A stretch of DNA of 64,000 nt from Thermodesulfobacteriota bacterium (GCA_051748085.1 JBNJHA010000003.1:8227-72226), one strand, 5' to 3'; shown: positions 31,189 through 40,675, counted from the stretch's first letter. Notes: generated from the sequence alone by a model not told the origin. A program made the numbers and translations.

Positions 31189-33126
31189 ATGTTTAAAAAG
31201 ATCGACCATTGGACTTTCTGGCTGATCAGCGCATTTATCACCGCGGTTGTGCCTCATTTGGGACATCTTCCATGGTGGTCGATTGTCTATTTCGCGGGAC
31301 CGCTGGTTGTTTTTGCGTTTGCGGGCAGCAAACGAATAAAAAGAAAGGGCAAATGGATTGTCCGGATTTTGTCCCTGGTTCTTTTCCTGCTTACAGTGGT
31401 TACTTTCAGGGGCACAATAGGCCGTGATGCCGGAACTGCATTGCTCGTGGGTCTGCTTGGCCTGAAATTGCTTGAACTTGGCAGTGAACGGGACAAAAAA
31501 GTATTTTGTCTCCTCAACTATTTTCTGATTCTGACCACGGTTCTTTATTTTCAATCCTTTCTGGCCGGATTGTATATGTTTTTGACGGCATTGATCAATA
31601 CCGTTGCTTTAATCCGGGTGGTCCGCGGCCAGGGACATTGGTCGCATGATGTCAAGCGCGTGCTGTTAATACTGGCTCAGGCGCTTCCCCTGGCGATTAT
31701 ACTTTTTGTTTTTTTCCCGCGCATCCAAGGCAGTCTGTTTGGTTTGCAACGGGTTCCCAGCATAGGCATTTCCGGCATGAGCGATTTTTTAGCTCCGGGG
31801 GAAATAAGCAGTCTGGCGATGTCAAACAAGCCGGTTTTTCGTGTCAGGTTTTTGGAAAATACCCCTGAAACCGGCGATAGATATTGGCGCTGTATGGTTT
31901 TTGGGGACTATGACGGAATAGTTTGGAAAAGATACGCTGAATGTCCGGGCGAAGAAAAAATGGAAAGAAGTACGAGCAGGGTCGGTTGCCGGTTGAATCT
32001 GGAAAAACATAATGGCTATTGGCTCCCGGCCATGGGATTGCCTCTCGAATGGCCGCGCAATGTAGAATCGGATTGTTACGGACTTTTGAAATTCAAGCAC
32101 AGGGTCAGACAAAGAAAGAATTTGTCTTTGGTCTTTGATCCGGATGCCACCCTGGTTGCCGAAAATTTGCGGCCTTATCGGGAGTTGCCCGAAGGGAATA
32201 ATCCGCAGGCGTTTAAAATGGGCAGGAAGTGGAAGGATCTTCCGGCAAAACAGAAGATCGCAAACGCCCTTGAATTTTTTCGCGCAAATGATTTTACCTA
32301 TACATTGCAGCCCGGGGTCATGCATGGAGATTATATAGATAAATTCCTTTTCAATAAAAGGAAGGGGTTTTGCGAACATTATGCTTCTTCCTTTGCTTTT
32401 TTGATGCGTGCCGCAGGGATTCCGAGCCGGGTGGTTGCCGGATATCAGGGGGGAGAAATGAATCCGCTCGGCGGCTATGTTCTTGTTCGGGAGAAAGACG
32501 CACACGCGTGGACCGAGGTTTATCTGCAAGAAGAAGGCTGGAAGCGTTTTGATCCCGTGGCCCTGGTTTCCCCCACGCGCCTGGAGGAAGGCTTTGATGC
32601 TTTGGGAAATTCACAGGACAGAGGCCTGCCTGGAGGAAATGCGTTTGAAGAGGCATTTGGATGGCTGCACGGAGTGGCAATGGCCTGGGATGCCGCGAAT
32701 AATGCCTGGAATACATGGGTTTTGGATTATACATATAAAAAACAGAATCAATTGCTGGATCGTTTCAAATTGGACAATTCATCGCTTCTTGGGATAGTAA
32801 AAATATTGGCGATATTATCTGGAGTTTTTGCGGCAACATTTTTTTTGTTCAAGATTGTCTGCAGGTTATTATGTTCTGGAGATAAAGATCCTGTCGCGGA
32901 ACAATACGGGGTGTTTTGCTCCAAGATGGCCAGAGCGGGAATAAAACGGCCAGCATATATGGGGCCGCTTGATTTTTGCCGGTTTGTTCAGGGGAAAACA
33001 GACAATAGACAGGTTGTTGAGATTCTGAATATGTATATTCTGTTGCGCTATGCGGAAAATGACAGCGAGATATCCGCCCGGTTTAAAAGAGCGGTGAAGA
33101 ATTTTGACCCTCGGGAAGTGGGATAA
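31189..33126 (+). CDS. membrane transglutaminase-like protein (TgpA-like)
   Basis: The N-terminus is polytopic. The core is GFCEHYASSFAFLMRAAGIPSRVVAGY...DAHAWTEVY, carrying the Cys-His-Asp triad. Confidence 0.85.
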   Translation: MFKKIDHWTFWLISAFITAVVPHLGHLPWWSIVYFAGPLVVFAFAGSKRIKRKGKWIVRILSLVLFLLTVVTFRGTIGRDAGTALLVGLLGLKLLELGSERDKKVFCLLNYFLILTTVLYFQSFLAGLYMFLTALINTVALIRVVRGQGHWSHDVKRVLLILAQALPLAIILFVFFPRIQGSLFGLQRVPSIGISGMSDFLAPGEISSLAMSNKPVFRVRFLENTPETGDRYWRCMVFGDYDGIVWKRYAECPGEEKMERSTSRVGCRLNLEKHNGYWLPAMGLPLEWPRNVESDCYGLLKFKHRVRQRKNLSLVFDPDATLVAENLRPYRELPEGNNPQAFKMGRKWKDLPAKQKIANALEFFRANDFTYTLQPGVMHGDYIDKFLFNKRKGFCEHYASSFAFLMRAAGIPSRVVAGYQGGEMNPLGGYVLVREKDAHAWTEVYLQEEGWKRFDPVALVSPTRLEEGFDALGNSQDRGLPGGNAFEEAFGWLHGVAMAWDAANNAWNTWVLDYTYKKQNQLLDRFKLDNSSLLGIVKILAILSGVFAATFFLFKIVCRLLCSGDKDPVAEQYGVFCSKMARAGIKRPAYMGPLDFCRFVQGKTDNRQVVEILNMYILLRYAENDSEISARFKRAVKNFDPREVG

Positions 33127-33347
33127 AAAACTCCGGGTGCGCATAGGAGCTGAAATCGGTTGCTTTGTGCTTGAAAATTACAATTTATGTACGCGGTTCA
33201 AAGAACTCACATTTTATGAACGGGCGTTGTCTGCTTTACGAGAACGATGAATACTTGCATTAAAATTAAGAAAACCATGCCTTGTCTCGAAGGATGCACT
33301 TGTTTTTATCCGTCTTCGGGCCGAGCTGAAAATGTTGGAAAATATCA

Positions 33348-33899
33348 ATGAAAATCAAGTTGTTGTTTATATTGTGTTTGATGCTTGGGTTGAGCATTTT
33401 GTCTGGTACTGCCTCCGGTTTTGAATTACGGGGGTTTGTCCTGGATAATACGAATGAAACGGCCGAGATCGGTTTTGGTCTTGATCTACCGGATGCAAGC
33501 ATTGTCCGGTCCGCGCTGGACGATGGGGATGAACTTGAGTTGGCCTGCCGGGCGGAATTGCATCGGATGCGCAGGTACATTTGGGACGAGCAGATCGGAA
33601 GCGGAGCTTATATTTGTAATATAAGCAAGGACATGCTCAAAGGGAGGTATATTTTTACATTTCCTGACGAAAGGATTGTTTTGGACAAAATCGATAAAAA
33701 AAATATGCAGCAAATTTTCAACAGCTTCAGGATTCCGCTATGCTCTTGGGATAATATTCTTCCTGGGCAAAAATATTCGGTCTCCTTGAAAATTACTCTC
33801 AAAATAAATGATGTTCCGGGGTGGATTAAGAGTACTTTATTTTTTTGGTCATGGGATTTAATCGACCCGGTTTATTATGAGATGCAGTTTGATTATTGA
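33348..33899 (+). CDS. secreted DUF4390-like protein
   Basis: It has a signal peptide, and its size and position immediately upstream of an NtrY-type kinase fit DUF4390. The family assignment is from recollection only. Confidence 0.5.
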   Translation: MKIKLLFILCLMLGLSILSGTASGFELRGFVLDNTNETAEIGFGLDLPDASIVRSALDDGDELELACRAELHRMRRYIWDEQIGSGAYICNISKDMLKGRYIFTFPDERIVLDKIDKKNMQQIFNSFRIPLCSWDNILPGQKYSVSLKITLKINDVPGWIKSTLFFWSWDLIDPVYYEMQFDY

Positions 33900-33945
33900 T
33901 TTAGTTTCCATTTGGAAAAGCAAAAACTTCCAAATGGAAACTAAA
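33900..33945. repeat. perfect 18-bp inverted repeat between the DUF4390 gene and the NtrY-like gene
   Basis: TTTAGTTTCCATTTGGAA pairs with TTCCAAATGGAAACTAAA across a 10-nt loop. It begins 1 nt after the stop codon and has no downstream T-tract. Confidence 0.85.
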
Positions 33946-33989
33946 ATCAGCATTTTTTATGCCAATGAGGCAGGCAGGGACAAATTGCT

Positions 33990-36191
33990 ATGAATGATTC
34001 CTCGATCCGCATTATGGATGCGGCGACCAGGGAAAGAAAAAAGCGACAACGGGAGCTGTTTCTCGCTTTTTTGGGTATAATCGCCATTGGCGCTTCCACC
34101 TGGATAGAACTTAAATATTTCGGAGTTAATTCATATCTTTTTTTAGGGCTTTTCAATCTGAATATAATTCTGCTTCTTCTCGTCCTTTTTCTTGTCCTGC
34201 GTAATATATTTAAACTTCTGGTCGAGAGAAAGCGCAAGGTCCTGGGGTATCGGCTGCGTTCAAGGCTTGTGCTCATATTTATGTCTCTTTCAATTATTCC
34301 TACTCTTTTGATGTTCATTGTCGCCGTTCGTTTTGTCCAGACTTCCGTGGACTACTGGTTCAAGGCCCAGGTAGAGAGTTCCATGCAGCAGGCCCTGGAA
34401 GTCGGCCAAGCCTTTTACAATACTGCCAAGGAGGATCTGGAATACAAGTCTGACGCGATTCTGAAAACAATAAGGGAAGAGCGTTTTCTATGGGGCGGCC
34501 CGGGGATGAATAAATTCCTTGCAAAAAAATGGAATGAATATGATTTGAGCCTGATTGGGGTTGTCAGTCCGGGGCTGAAGAAGCAGAACTGGCATGAATC
34601 GGAAGAGTGGGACAAGCACTGGTCACTCCTCGATGGAAAAATTCCCTGGAAGGAATTGAAGAAAAATCCGGAGTACTGGACGGGGCTTTGGCCCAGCCAG
34701 AAAGGGGATCTGGTGCTGGGGGTCAATCCAGTGGACAAAGGGGAAAGCGGTTTTTTAATATTGGGCTCCACCCTTGAACAGGATGTTTTGGCTAAACTGG
34801 ACGGCATAGTCCGGGGCGTTGAGGAATACAAACAGTTAAAGACCCTTAAATACCCGTTAAAGGTTGCCTTGTATACAATTCTGGGGATTATGACCTTGCT
34901 CATAATTCTGGGGTCCATCTGGTTTGGCTTTAAAGTGGCCAAAGAAATTTCCGCGCCGGTTCAGGCCCTGGCCGCGGGTACGCAACGGATCGCCCGCGGA
35001 GATCTTGATGTCCGACTCGAAGATCAATCCGATGATGAACTGGGGCTTCTAGTCAGTTCCTTTAATGCCATGGCCGGGGATCTGCAGGAGATGCAGACCA
35101 GCCTTACCCAGGCCAATGAAGTGCTTGCCAGGCAGAACCGGGAATTGGAATCGCGGGGCGAATATATGCAGGCCGTGCTGGACAATATAACCGCGGGAGT
35201 AATTTCGCTTGATACTAAAGGCCGAATTTCCACAGTAAATAAGGCTGCCGAATATCTTTTGGGTGTCGAGGCGGATCGTATTATCGGTTGTTCCCCAACA
35301 GATTTGCTTCGAGTTGAATACGGTCAGATTATCAAGGAAATGTACACTCAATTGACTGAGATCCCTGGAAGCCGCTGGCAAAAGCAACTGGATATGGAAA
35401 TTGGCGGCAAGATGGTCAAATTGCTGGTCAATGCTTTGGTCCTTCATCCGGAACATGGTGGAGACGGAGGTATTGTTGCGGTTTTTGAGGATGTGACTGA
35501 ATTGGAAAAGATGCAAAGACTTGCCGCCTGGAGAGAAGTGGCCAGGCGAATTGCCCATGAAATCAAGAATCCCCTAACGCCGATAAAATTGTCTGCACAA
35601 CGTCTGCAAAAAAAGTTTTCCTTCAAGGCCGATGATCCTGTTTTCGATCAATGCACGCAATTGATTGTCCGGCAGGTGGAGAATCTTCAAGAGATGGTTA
35701 GTGAGTTTTCGACTTTTGCCAAACTTCCGGAGCTTAAACCGCGTTTTGATTACCTGGCGCCCTTGCTGGAGGAGCTTGTTGAGGAGTTCAATCAGAGCCA
35801 CAGCAACATAAAATGGAGCATTGAATTCAACAACGCCATTCCCGGCTTTAACTTTGACCGTGAAGCGATAAAACGGGTGTTCATGAATCTTTTTTTGAAC
35901 GCGGCGGAAGCGTTGAACGACAGTCCGGAGCCGGGAAATATCCATGTGCGTGTCTTTCATGACCGATCAGTTCAGAAGGTAACCATTGAGGTCATGGACA
36001 ACGGACCCGGCCTGTCTGCGGACGAGCGTTCCCGAATATTTGAGCCGTATTATTCGCGTAAACGAATAGGGACCGGTTTAGGGCTGACAATCGTTAAATC
36101 AATCATTTCCGATCATCACGGATATGTCCGGGTAAAACCGAATGATCCGCGGGGAAGCATTTTTGTGGTCGAATTGCCCATGACGGGCTGA
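33990..36191 (+). CDS. NtrY-like sensor histidine kinase (TM, HAMP, PAS, HisKA, HATPase)
   Basis: The H-box is RRIAHEIKNPLTPI. DNGPGL and GTGLGLTIV are also present. Confidence 0.85.
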   Translation: MNDSSIRIMDAATRERKKRQRELFLAFLGIIAIGASTWIELKYFGVNSYLFLGLFNLNIILLLLVLFLVLRNIFKLLVERKRKVLGYRLRSRLVLIFMSLSIIPTLLMFIVAVRFVQTSVDYWFKAQVESSMQQALEVGQAFYNTAKEDLEYKSDAILKTIREERFLWGGPGMNKFLAKKWNEYDLSLIGVVSPGLKKQNWHESEEWDKHWSLLDGKIPWKELKKNPEYWTGLWPSQKGDLVLGVNPVDKGESGFLILGSTLEQDVLAKLDGIVRGVEEYKQLKTLKYPLKVALYTILGIMTLLIILGSIWFGFKVAKEISAPVQALAAGTQRIARGDLDVRLEDQSDDELGLLVSSFNAMAGDLQEMQTSLTQANEVLARQNRELESRGEYMQAVLDNITAGVISLDTKGRISTVNKAAEYLLGVEADRIIGCSPTDLLRVEYGQIIKEMYTQLTEIPGSRWQKQLDMEIGGKMVKLLVNALVLHPEHGGDGGIVAVFEDVTELEKMQRLAAWREVARRIAHEIKNPLTPIKLSAQRLQKKFSFKADDPVFDQCTQLIVRQVENLQEMVSEFSTFAKLPELKPRFDYLAPLLEELVEEFNQSHSNIKWSIEFNNAIPGFNFDREAIKRVFMNLFLNAAEALNDSPEPGNIHVRVFHDRSVQKVTIEVMDNGPGLSADERSRIFEPYYSRKRIGTGLGLTIVKSIISDHHGYVRVKPNDPRGSIFVVELPMTG

Positions 36192-36201
36192 GGAAATAGT
36201 T

Positions 36202-37572
36202 ATGGCAGAAAAATTATTAATTGTGGACGATGAAGAGGATATCCGTCTCTCTTTGCGCGGTGTTCTTGAAGATGAAGGCTACACGATAGACGAGTCTCCG
36301 GACGGGGAAACAGCCCTGCAGAAAGTTGAGCGGGATACCGATGTGGTTTTTTTGGATATCTGGCTGCCCGGTATGGACGGATTGCAGGTTCTGGAAAAAT
36401 TGAAGTCGGATTATCCGGACAGTGTGGTGATTATGATCTCCGGGCACGGCAATATAGAAACCGCGGTGAAGGCGATCAAAAATGGTGCGTTTGATTTTAT
36501 TGAAAAGCCTTTGTCCCTGGAAAAGGTGCTGGTTTCTGTTGGAAAAGCCTTGGAATTCAGAAAGATTAAGTTGGAAAACAGAACTTTGCGCAATCAAATC
36601 AAGCATAAAGGCGTAACGGATATATCCGGAAAATCCGAAGTCGTCCAAAATCTAAGACAGGTTATTTCCCGGGTCGCTTCTGTTAATTCCTGGGTGCTGA
36701 TTACCGGCGAGAATGGAACAGGCAAGGAAATCGTGGCCAGGGCAATACACGCCAACAGCAGACAGGCGGATAAGCCGATGATTGCGGTCAATTGCGCCGC
36801 CATTCCGGAAGAACTCATTGAATCGGAACTATTCGGCCATGAAAAAGGGGCTTTTACCGGCGCCAATGATTCCAGGCAGGGAAAATTTGAAAAAGCTGAC
36901 GGAGGGATACTGTTTCTGGATGAAATCGGTGACATGAGCATGAAGACTCAGGCCAAGATATTGCGCATTCTGCAGGAGCAGAAATTTGAACGTGTCGGCG
37001 GTGGAAAAACGATTCATGTGGACGTTCGGGTTGTGGCCGCGACCAACAAAGATTTGGAAAAGGAGATTCAGGCCGGGCGCTTCAGAAAGGACTTGTATTT
37101 CCGGCTGAATGTATTCCCCATTCATGTTCCGCCATTGCGGGAACGCCTGTCGGATATTCCGGTGTTGCTGCGAGAATTTGTGGACGGATTTTCAAAGGAA
37201 CATAATTTTAAGCCGCTGACTTTTTCCAGGGAAGCCATAAACTGGCTGCAGGAGCAGTCTTGGCCGGGCAATGTACGGGAGCTCAAAAATTTTATTGAAC
37301 GTTTATACATCTTATATCCGGGGCAGGAAATAAGCAAGGCAATGCTCGCGCCCGGAGAGCCGGACAATGAATCGTTTGCAGACTATGATGATGGGCAGAA
37401 TATTTATTTTGGTAACGATTTTAAACAGGCCCGGGCTGAATTCGAAGCCGCTTATCTGCGGGATAAATTGGAAGAATTCGGGGGCAATATTTCCCGCATG
37501 GCCTCAGAGATAGGTTTAGAGAGGAGTTCACTGTATCGCAAACTCAAGGGATATGGGATAAAAACCGGCTGA
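36202..37572 (+). CDS. NtrX/NtrC-like sigma-54-dependent response regulator
   Basis: It has a receiver domain (FLDIWLPGMDG), GENGTGKE, the GAFTGA loop and a C-terminal HTH. Confidence 0.9.
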   Translation: MAEKLLIVDDEEDIRLSLRGVLEDEGYTIDESPDGETALQKVERDTDVVFLDIWLPGMDGLQVLEKLKSDYPDSVVIMISGHGNIETAVKAIKNGAFDFIEKPLSLEKVLVSVGKALEFRKIKLENRTLRNQIKHKGVTDISGKSEVVQNLRQVISRVASVNSWVLITGENGTGKEIVARAIHANSRQADKPMIAVNCAAIPEELIESELFGHEKGAFTGANDSRQGKFEKADGGILFLDEIGDMSMKTQAKILRILQEQKFERVGGGKTIHVDVRVVAATNKDLEKEIQAGRFRKDLYFRLNVFPIHVPPLRERLSDIPVLLREFVDGFSKEHNFKPLTFSREAINWLQEQSWPGNVRELKNFIERLYILYPGQEISKAMLAPGEPDNESFADYDDGQNIYFGNDFKQARAEFEAAYLRDKLEEFGGNISRMASEIGLERSSLYRKLKGYGIKTG

Positions 37573-38268
37573 TCATTGTTTGATCCAGATGATATTTTCC
37601 ATGCGCCTGCGGTCTTTGTCCCGGCGATAGGAGAAGAAATGGCTGTTAAGGCACATTGTACAGAGATCCAGGCTGAAGATGTTTTTTGCCTGGACCCCGG
37701 CCTGCAGCAGCTGATCGTGCGTGAGGTGCCACAGGTTCATACATCCGGTGGGAGCATGGAAATAGCCGCGCATGGATCGGGGCCAATGCTCGTCGAAATC
37801 GTGAAAATGCGAGCAGCCGGGGCCAAGGCTCGGTCCGCGCACAACCATGAGGTCCCCGGGATTTAAATCGTAAAACGCACAGAATTTTCGGATGCCGCTT
37901 TCCGGGAATCCGTCCCGGTTTCCTCTCCATCCGCAATGCAGGGCCAGGATATACTTGCCGCTTTTATGCGCGGCCAAGATCGGCTGGCAGTCCGCAGTCC
38001 TTATAATCAGACCCTCCCCGGCATTGGAAGTGCCCAACCCGTCCCCTTCTTTCATCCTGTCTTCTTCTGTAGGCTCAAAAAAGACAAATGTTCCATGCAC
38101 CTGGCTGAGTTCTCTGCGCACGGCGAAATTTGTGGACCGGGATATAGCTGGATTTTTCCGGTTTTTTGTGTCTTTTTCGCCGCCATGTTCATGAATCGCG
38201 GTTCCAAAAGCGCAACCCACGTTCGGCAGACGGGGAAAAGAAAAAGGGATCATTTGGTTTGTGGGCAT
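37573..38268 (-). CDS. pgeF: YfiH/PgeF-family (DUF152) purine nucleoside phosphorylase / peptidoglycan editing factor
   Basis: TADCQPIL, HCGWRG and CTMC..FFSYRRD are present. Confidence 0.85.
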   Translation of the reverse strand: MPTNQMIPFSFPRLPNVGCAFGTAIHEHGGEKDTKNRKNPAISRSTNFAVRRELSQVHGTFVFFEPTEEDRMKEGDGLGTSNAGEGLIIRTADCQPILAAHKSGKYILALHCGWRGNRDGFPESGIRKFCAFYDLNPGDLMVVRGPSLGPGCSHFHDFDEHWPRSMRGYFHAPTGCMNLWHLTHDQLLQAGVQAKNIFSLDLCTMCLNSHFFSYRRDKDRRRMENIIWIKQ

Positions 38269-38300
38269 TTAAAAACGTCTCCTTGTTCAATAGAGCAGGT

Positions 38301-38325
38301 GTATTTGTTCACTGATTTTTTTGCC
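38301..38325 (+). repeat. REP-like palindrome family, left arm plus T-run
   Basis: GTATTTGTTCACTGATTTTTTTGCC overlaps the stop codon of the cyclo-ligase gene. Confidence 0.55.
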
Positions 38326-38932
38326 AGTTTAAGCTTTTGGCCGGCGATTTATTACCGTTTGATGCGTTGTGGATTTCCTTTTCCGTTACCACATAATTAA
38401 CCGGCTGATCCCAGGGTTCGACCGGAAGTACGGGGAGAAGCTGGAAATGATAGGCGGCGCCCACAAGCATGCTGAAGTGAGCGCGGGTCAGAAAGCGGTC
38501 ATAATATCCGCCGCCGAACCCCAGGCGATATCCCTGCCGGTCAAAGGCAACTCCAGGGAGAATAAAAACATTCACCCCGGAGCAGTCAAAAGCGGATTGG
38601 TCCTGGGTACATGGCTCCTGTATTCCGAATTTGCCTTTTTGCAGGTCGTTTTTGTCCCGGACCGGGAAAAAGTCCATTTTTCCCGGTTCATTTTTCCGGC
38701 AACAGGGGAGAATCGGATGTGCTCCCAGATGGAGCAGGTATCGAAAAAGGATTCGGGTATCCACCTCGTTTTGCATCGGCAGGTACATTCCGATAGATTC
38801 CCCGGGGCTGAACGCGGATAGCTTCAACAGGTTCCGGATTATTTTTCGGCTTTTTTCCCGTACTTCATTCCTGCTCATCCGTTGTCTGCGTTCTATCATT
38901 TTTTGGCGCAGAAGTTCTTTTTCCCGGGGCAA
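38309..38932 (-). CDS. 5-formyltetrahydrofolate cyclo-ligase
   Basis: GYRLGFGGGYYDR and the PVE.WD motif are present. I prefer the TTG at 38932 because a GGAGG lies 9 nt upstream of it. The ORF-track start at 38965 is also a TTG but has no SD. Confidence 0.8.
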   Translation of the reverse strand: MPREKELLRQKMIERRQRMSRNEVREKSRKIIRNLLKLSAFSPGESIGMYLPMQNEVDTRILFRYLLHLGAHPILPCCRKNEPGKMDFFPVRDKNDLQKGKFGIQEPCTQDQSAFDCSGVNVFILPGVAFDRQGYRLGFGGGYYDRFLTRAHFSMLVGAAYHFQLLPVLPVEPWDQPVNYVVTEKEIHNASNGNKSPAKSLNWQKNQ

Positions 38933-38969
38933 GGTGATTATCCTCCGCTTATTTTCGATCAACAAGTTC

Positions 38970-39132
38970 GCCCTGAAAGCGCGGCATAAAATTAATCAGG
39001 AGAACAGGATGCAAAAAAATCATGTCCTTGAGTCGAAGAAGCAAATCTGACAAATCCAGTGCATTTTGAGAACACTCAAGGTTGCTTTTTCTGTTCCTGC
39101 CTCGGGAAACAATTTTGCAGGCACCTTTTGAA
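38970..39132 (-). ncRNA. ssrS: candidate 6S RNA (ssrS)-like extended hairpin
   Basis: A ~160-nt imperfect hairpin is built from these pairings: 39026-39033 with 39074-39081; A-run 39013-39019 with T-run 39086-39090; 39003-39007 with 39091-39095; 38997-39000 with 39096-39099; 38984-38993 with 39111-39118; 38975-38982 with 39121-39129. Two pairs are G:U only on the minus strand. It sits immediately upstream of, and co-oriented with, the 5-FCL gene, which is the classic ssrS-ygfA arrangement. No covariance-model search was run, and the internal loops are smaller than the canonical 6S bubble. Confidence 0.35.
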
Positions 39133-39298
39133 TTCAAACCGGTTGGAAAATATTGTTTTTTGCCGATATAGCGGTTAGTCAACAAATATATAGATTAAGG
39201 GCAAAAGACAAAGATTTCAACCCGGCATCGACAGGATGATCCGGGAGCTAGGTCCTGATCGGAAAAGACGGGTATATCCAGAATAAGGAAGTCGGGAA

Positions 39299-40330
39299 AT
39301 GAAAATTTTGAATCTTGAAGGGCGGCATTTGGTTGCTTCCTGGAGAAAACAGGGACATGATGTCCTGTGCATCGGTCCGGACGAAGCGTGTGATGTTCAT
39401 TTGGACCATGTCATATCCCTTAACCGTCTGTGGACGATTTTAAAAAAACATGATTTTTTCCCCGATCTCGTCTTTTGGAACGACAATTGCCGGCCTCCGT
39501 CGGTTATCGGATTCGAGACTCTGCCTTGTCCGTGCATAGGCTTTTCCATAGATCAATACTGCAATCCGTGGCATGTCCCCTACAGCGCCGCTTTTGATCT
39601 TATACTCGTGGCCCAGAAGGATTATCTGGACCTGTTCAGCCGGGAGAGAATACAGCCCGAGGCGCAATGGTTCCCGCTGTTCTGCAATCCGCAACGGGAC
39701 AGGGACGAAAATAAAATTCGGGATGTACCGGTCAGCTTTGTGGGTACCAAGGATCCCCCGCTTAACCCGGAAAGAAAACAATTTCTGGAGAATTTTCAAA
39801 AGAGTTTATCACTATTTTTGTATACCGGAAATTATGTGCCCGTATTTAATCGAAGCCGGATTGTTCTGAATCAGAGCGCGGTCGGAGAATTGAATTTCCG
39901 CATATTTCAAGCCGCGGCCTGCGGGGCGGCCGTATTGACCGAGGAATGCGGCAACGGTCTGCATGACCTTTTTGAGCCGAACAGGAATATATTTGTCTAT
40001 CCCCGGGGAAATTTACGGGCGGCTGTCCAGGTATGCAAGCATCTGCTGGATGACTCGCAGACAGTTGCGCAGGTGGCCGAAGCGGGCAGGGAAATGGTGC
40101 TTCGGCGGCATTCGGCTTTTGTCCGGGCAAAGGAAGTGATTAGGTACTGCAACGGCATAAACAGGGAGAAAACTTTCAGGCGCCGGATCAAAAATATGAT
40201 TGCTGTAAACCGGGAACTAGGCAAGGCTTTTATTTTTCTGGGAACCGACCGTAAGCTTTTGCTTCCGGAAAAATATCGCCGGTTTTATCTGGAGACAGCC
40301 CGGAGATACCAGGATGTTTTTCCCAAGTAA
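39299..40330 (+). CDS. glycosyltransferase, CgeB/DUF3880-like
   Basis: 343 aa. The C-terminal half, NFRIFQAAACGAAVLTEE..LFEP, resembles GT1-type CgeB-family proteins. This call is from recollection. Confidence 0.6.
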   Translation: MKILNLEGRHLVASWRKQGHDVLCIGPDEACDVHLDHVISLNRLWTILKKHDFFPDLVFWNDNCRPPSVIGFETLPCPCIGFSIDQYCNPWHVPYSAAFDLILVAQKDYLDLFSRERIQPEAQWFPLFCNPQRDRDENKIRDVPVSFVGTKDPPLNPERKQFLENFQKSLSLFLYTGNYVPVFNRSRIVLNQSAVGELNFRIFQAAACGAAVLTEECGNGLHDLFEPNRNIFVYPRGNLRAAVQVCKHLLDDSQTVAQVAEAGREMVLRRHSAFVRAKEVIRYCNGINREKTFRRRIKNMIAVNRELGKAFIFLGTDRKLLLPEKYRRFYLETARRYQDVFPK

Positions 40331-40364
40331 TGAAGTAATTGTGCAGCAGAATTTTTGTTGGCTC

Positions 40365-40385
40365 GTATCTGTTCAACAAATTTCT
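40365..40385 (+). repeat. REP-like palindrome family, left arm
   Basis: GTATCTGTTCAACAAATTTCT lies 35 nt after the glycosyltransferase stop. Confidence 0.55.
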
Positions 40386-40507
40386 TGCTCTGCCTGATTT
40401 CGGCCTGTGGCCCGGGAATGGGGAGGCACGCCTTATTCGATGTTGACAAAGCGCCTTGAATAAATCAGGTATTTGGAGTTTTTAATATTTACAGCGGAGA
40501 GAGCGGA

Positions 40508-40675
40508 ATGAATAAAAAAGACGCAGTTGTTCGGGGGATAATAATGGGCGGTTCAATCGGTCTGATTGCCGGCTGGTTTGGAATGAATCCATCACGGGCC
40601 TTGGCCCTCGGCTTAATATGTGGACTTTTGGCGGGCGTGACCAAGGCCTTTGTAGACAAAAAAAGGGATCAATAG
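40508..40675 (+). CDS. 55-aa glycine-zipper membrane protein (not in the ORF track)
   Basis: My translation is MNKKDAVVRGIIMGGSIGLIAGWFGMNPSRALALGLICGLLAGVTKAFVDKKRDQ. A GGAGAG SD lies 7 nt upstream. Its 3' end overlaps the convergent uvrA stop by 7 nt. Confidence 0.4.
   Translation: MNKKDAVVRGIIMGGSIGLIAGWFGMNPSRALALGLICGLLAGVTKAFVDKKRDQ

Noticed and set aside
31822-32529. 235-aa ORF on the minus strand
   Set aside because: It is antisense to the transglutaminase gene, which carries the catalytic Cys-His-Asp core.
39140-39170. GCCGATAT, a sigma-28 -10-like sequence upstream of the CgeB-like glycosyltransferase
   Set aside because: No TAAA lies at the required 15-nt spacing, and the sequence is about 130 nt from the start codon. 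The match looks like chance in AT-rich DNA.
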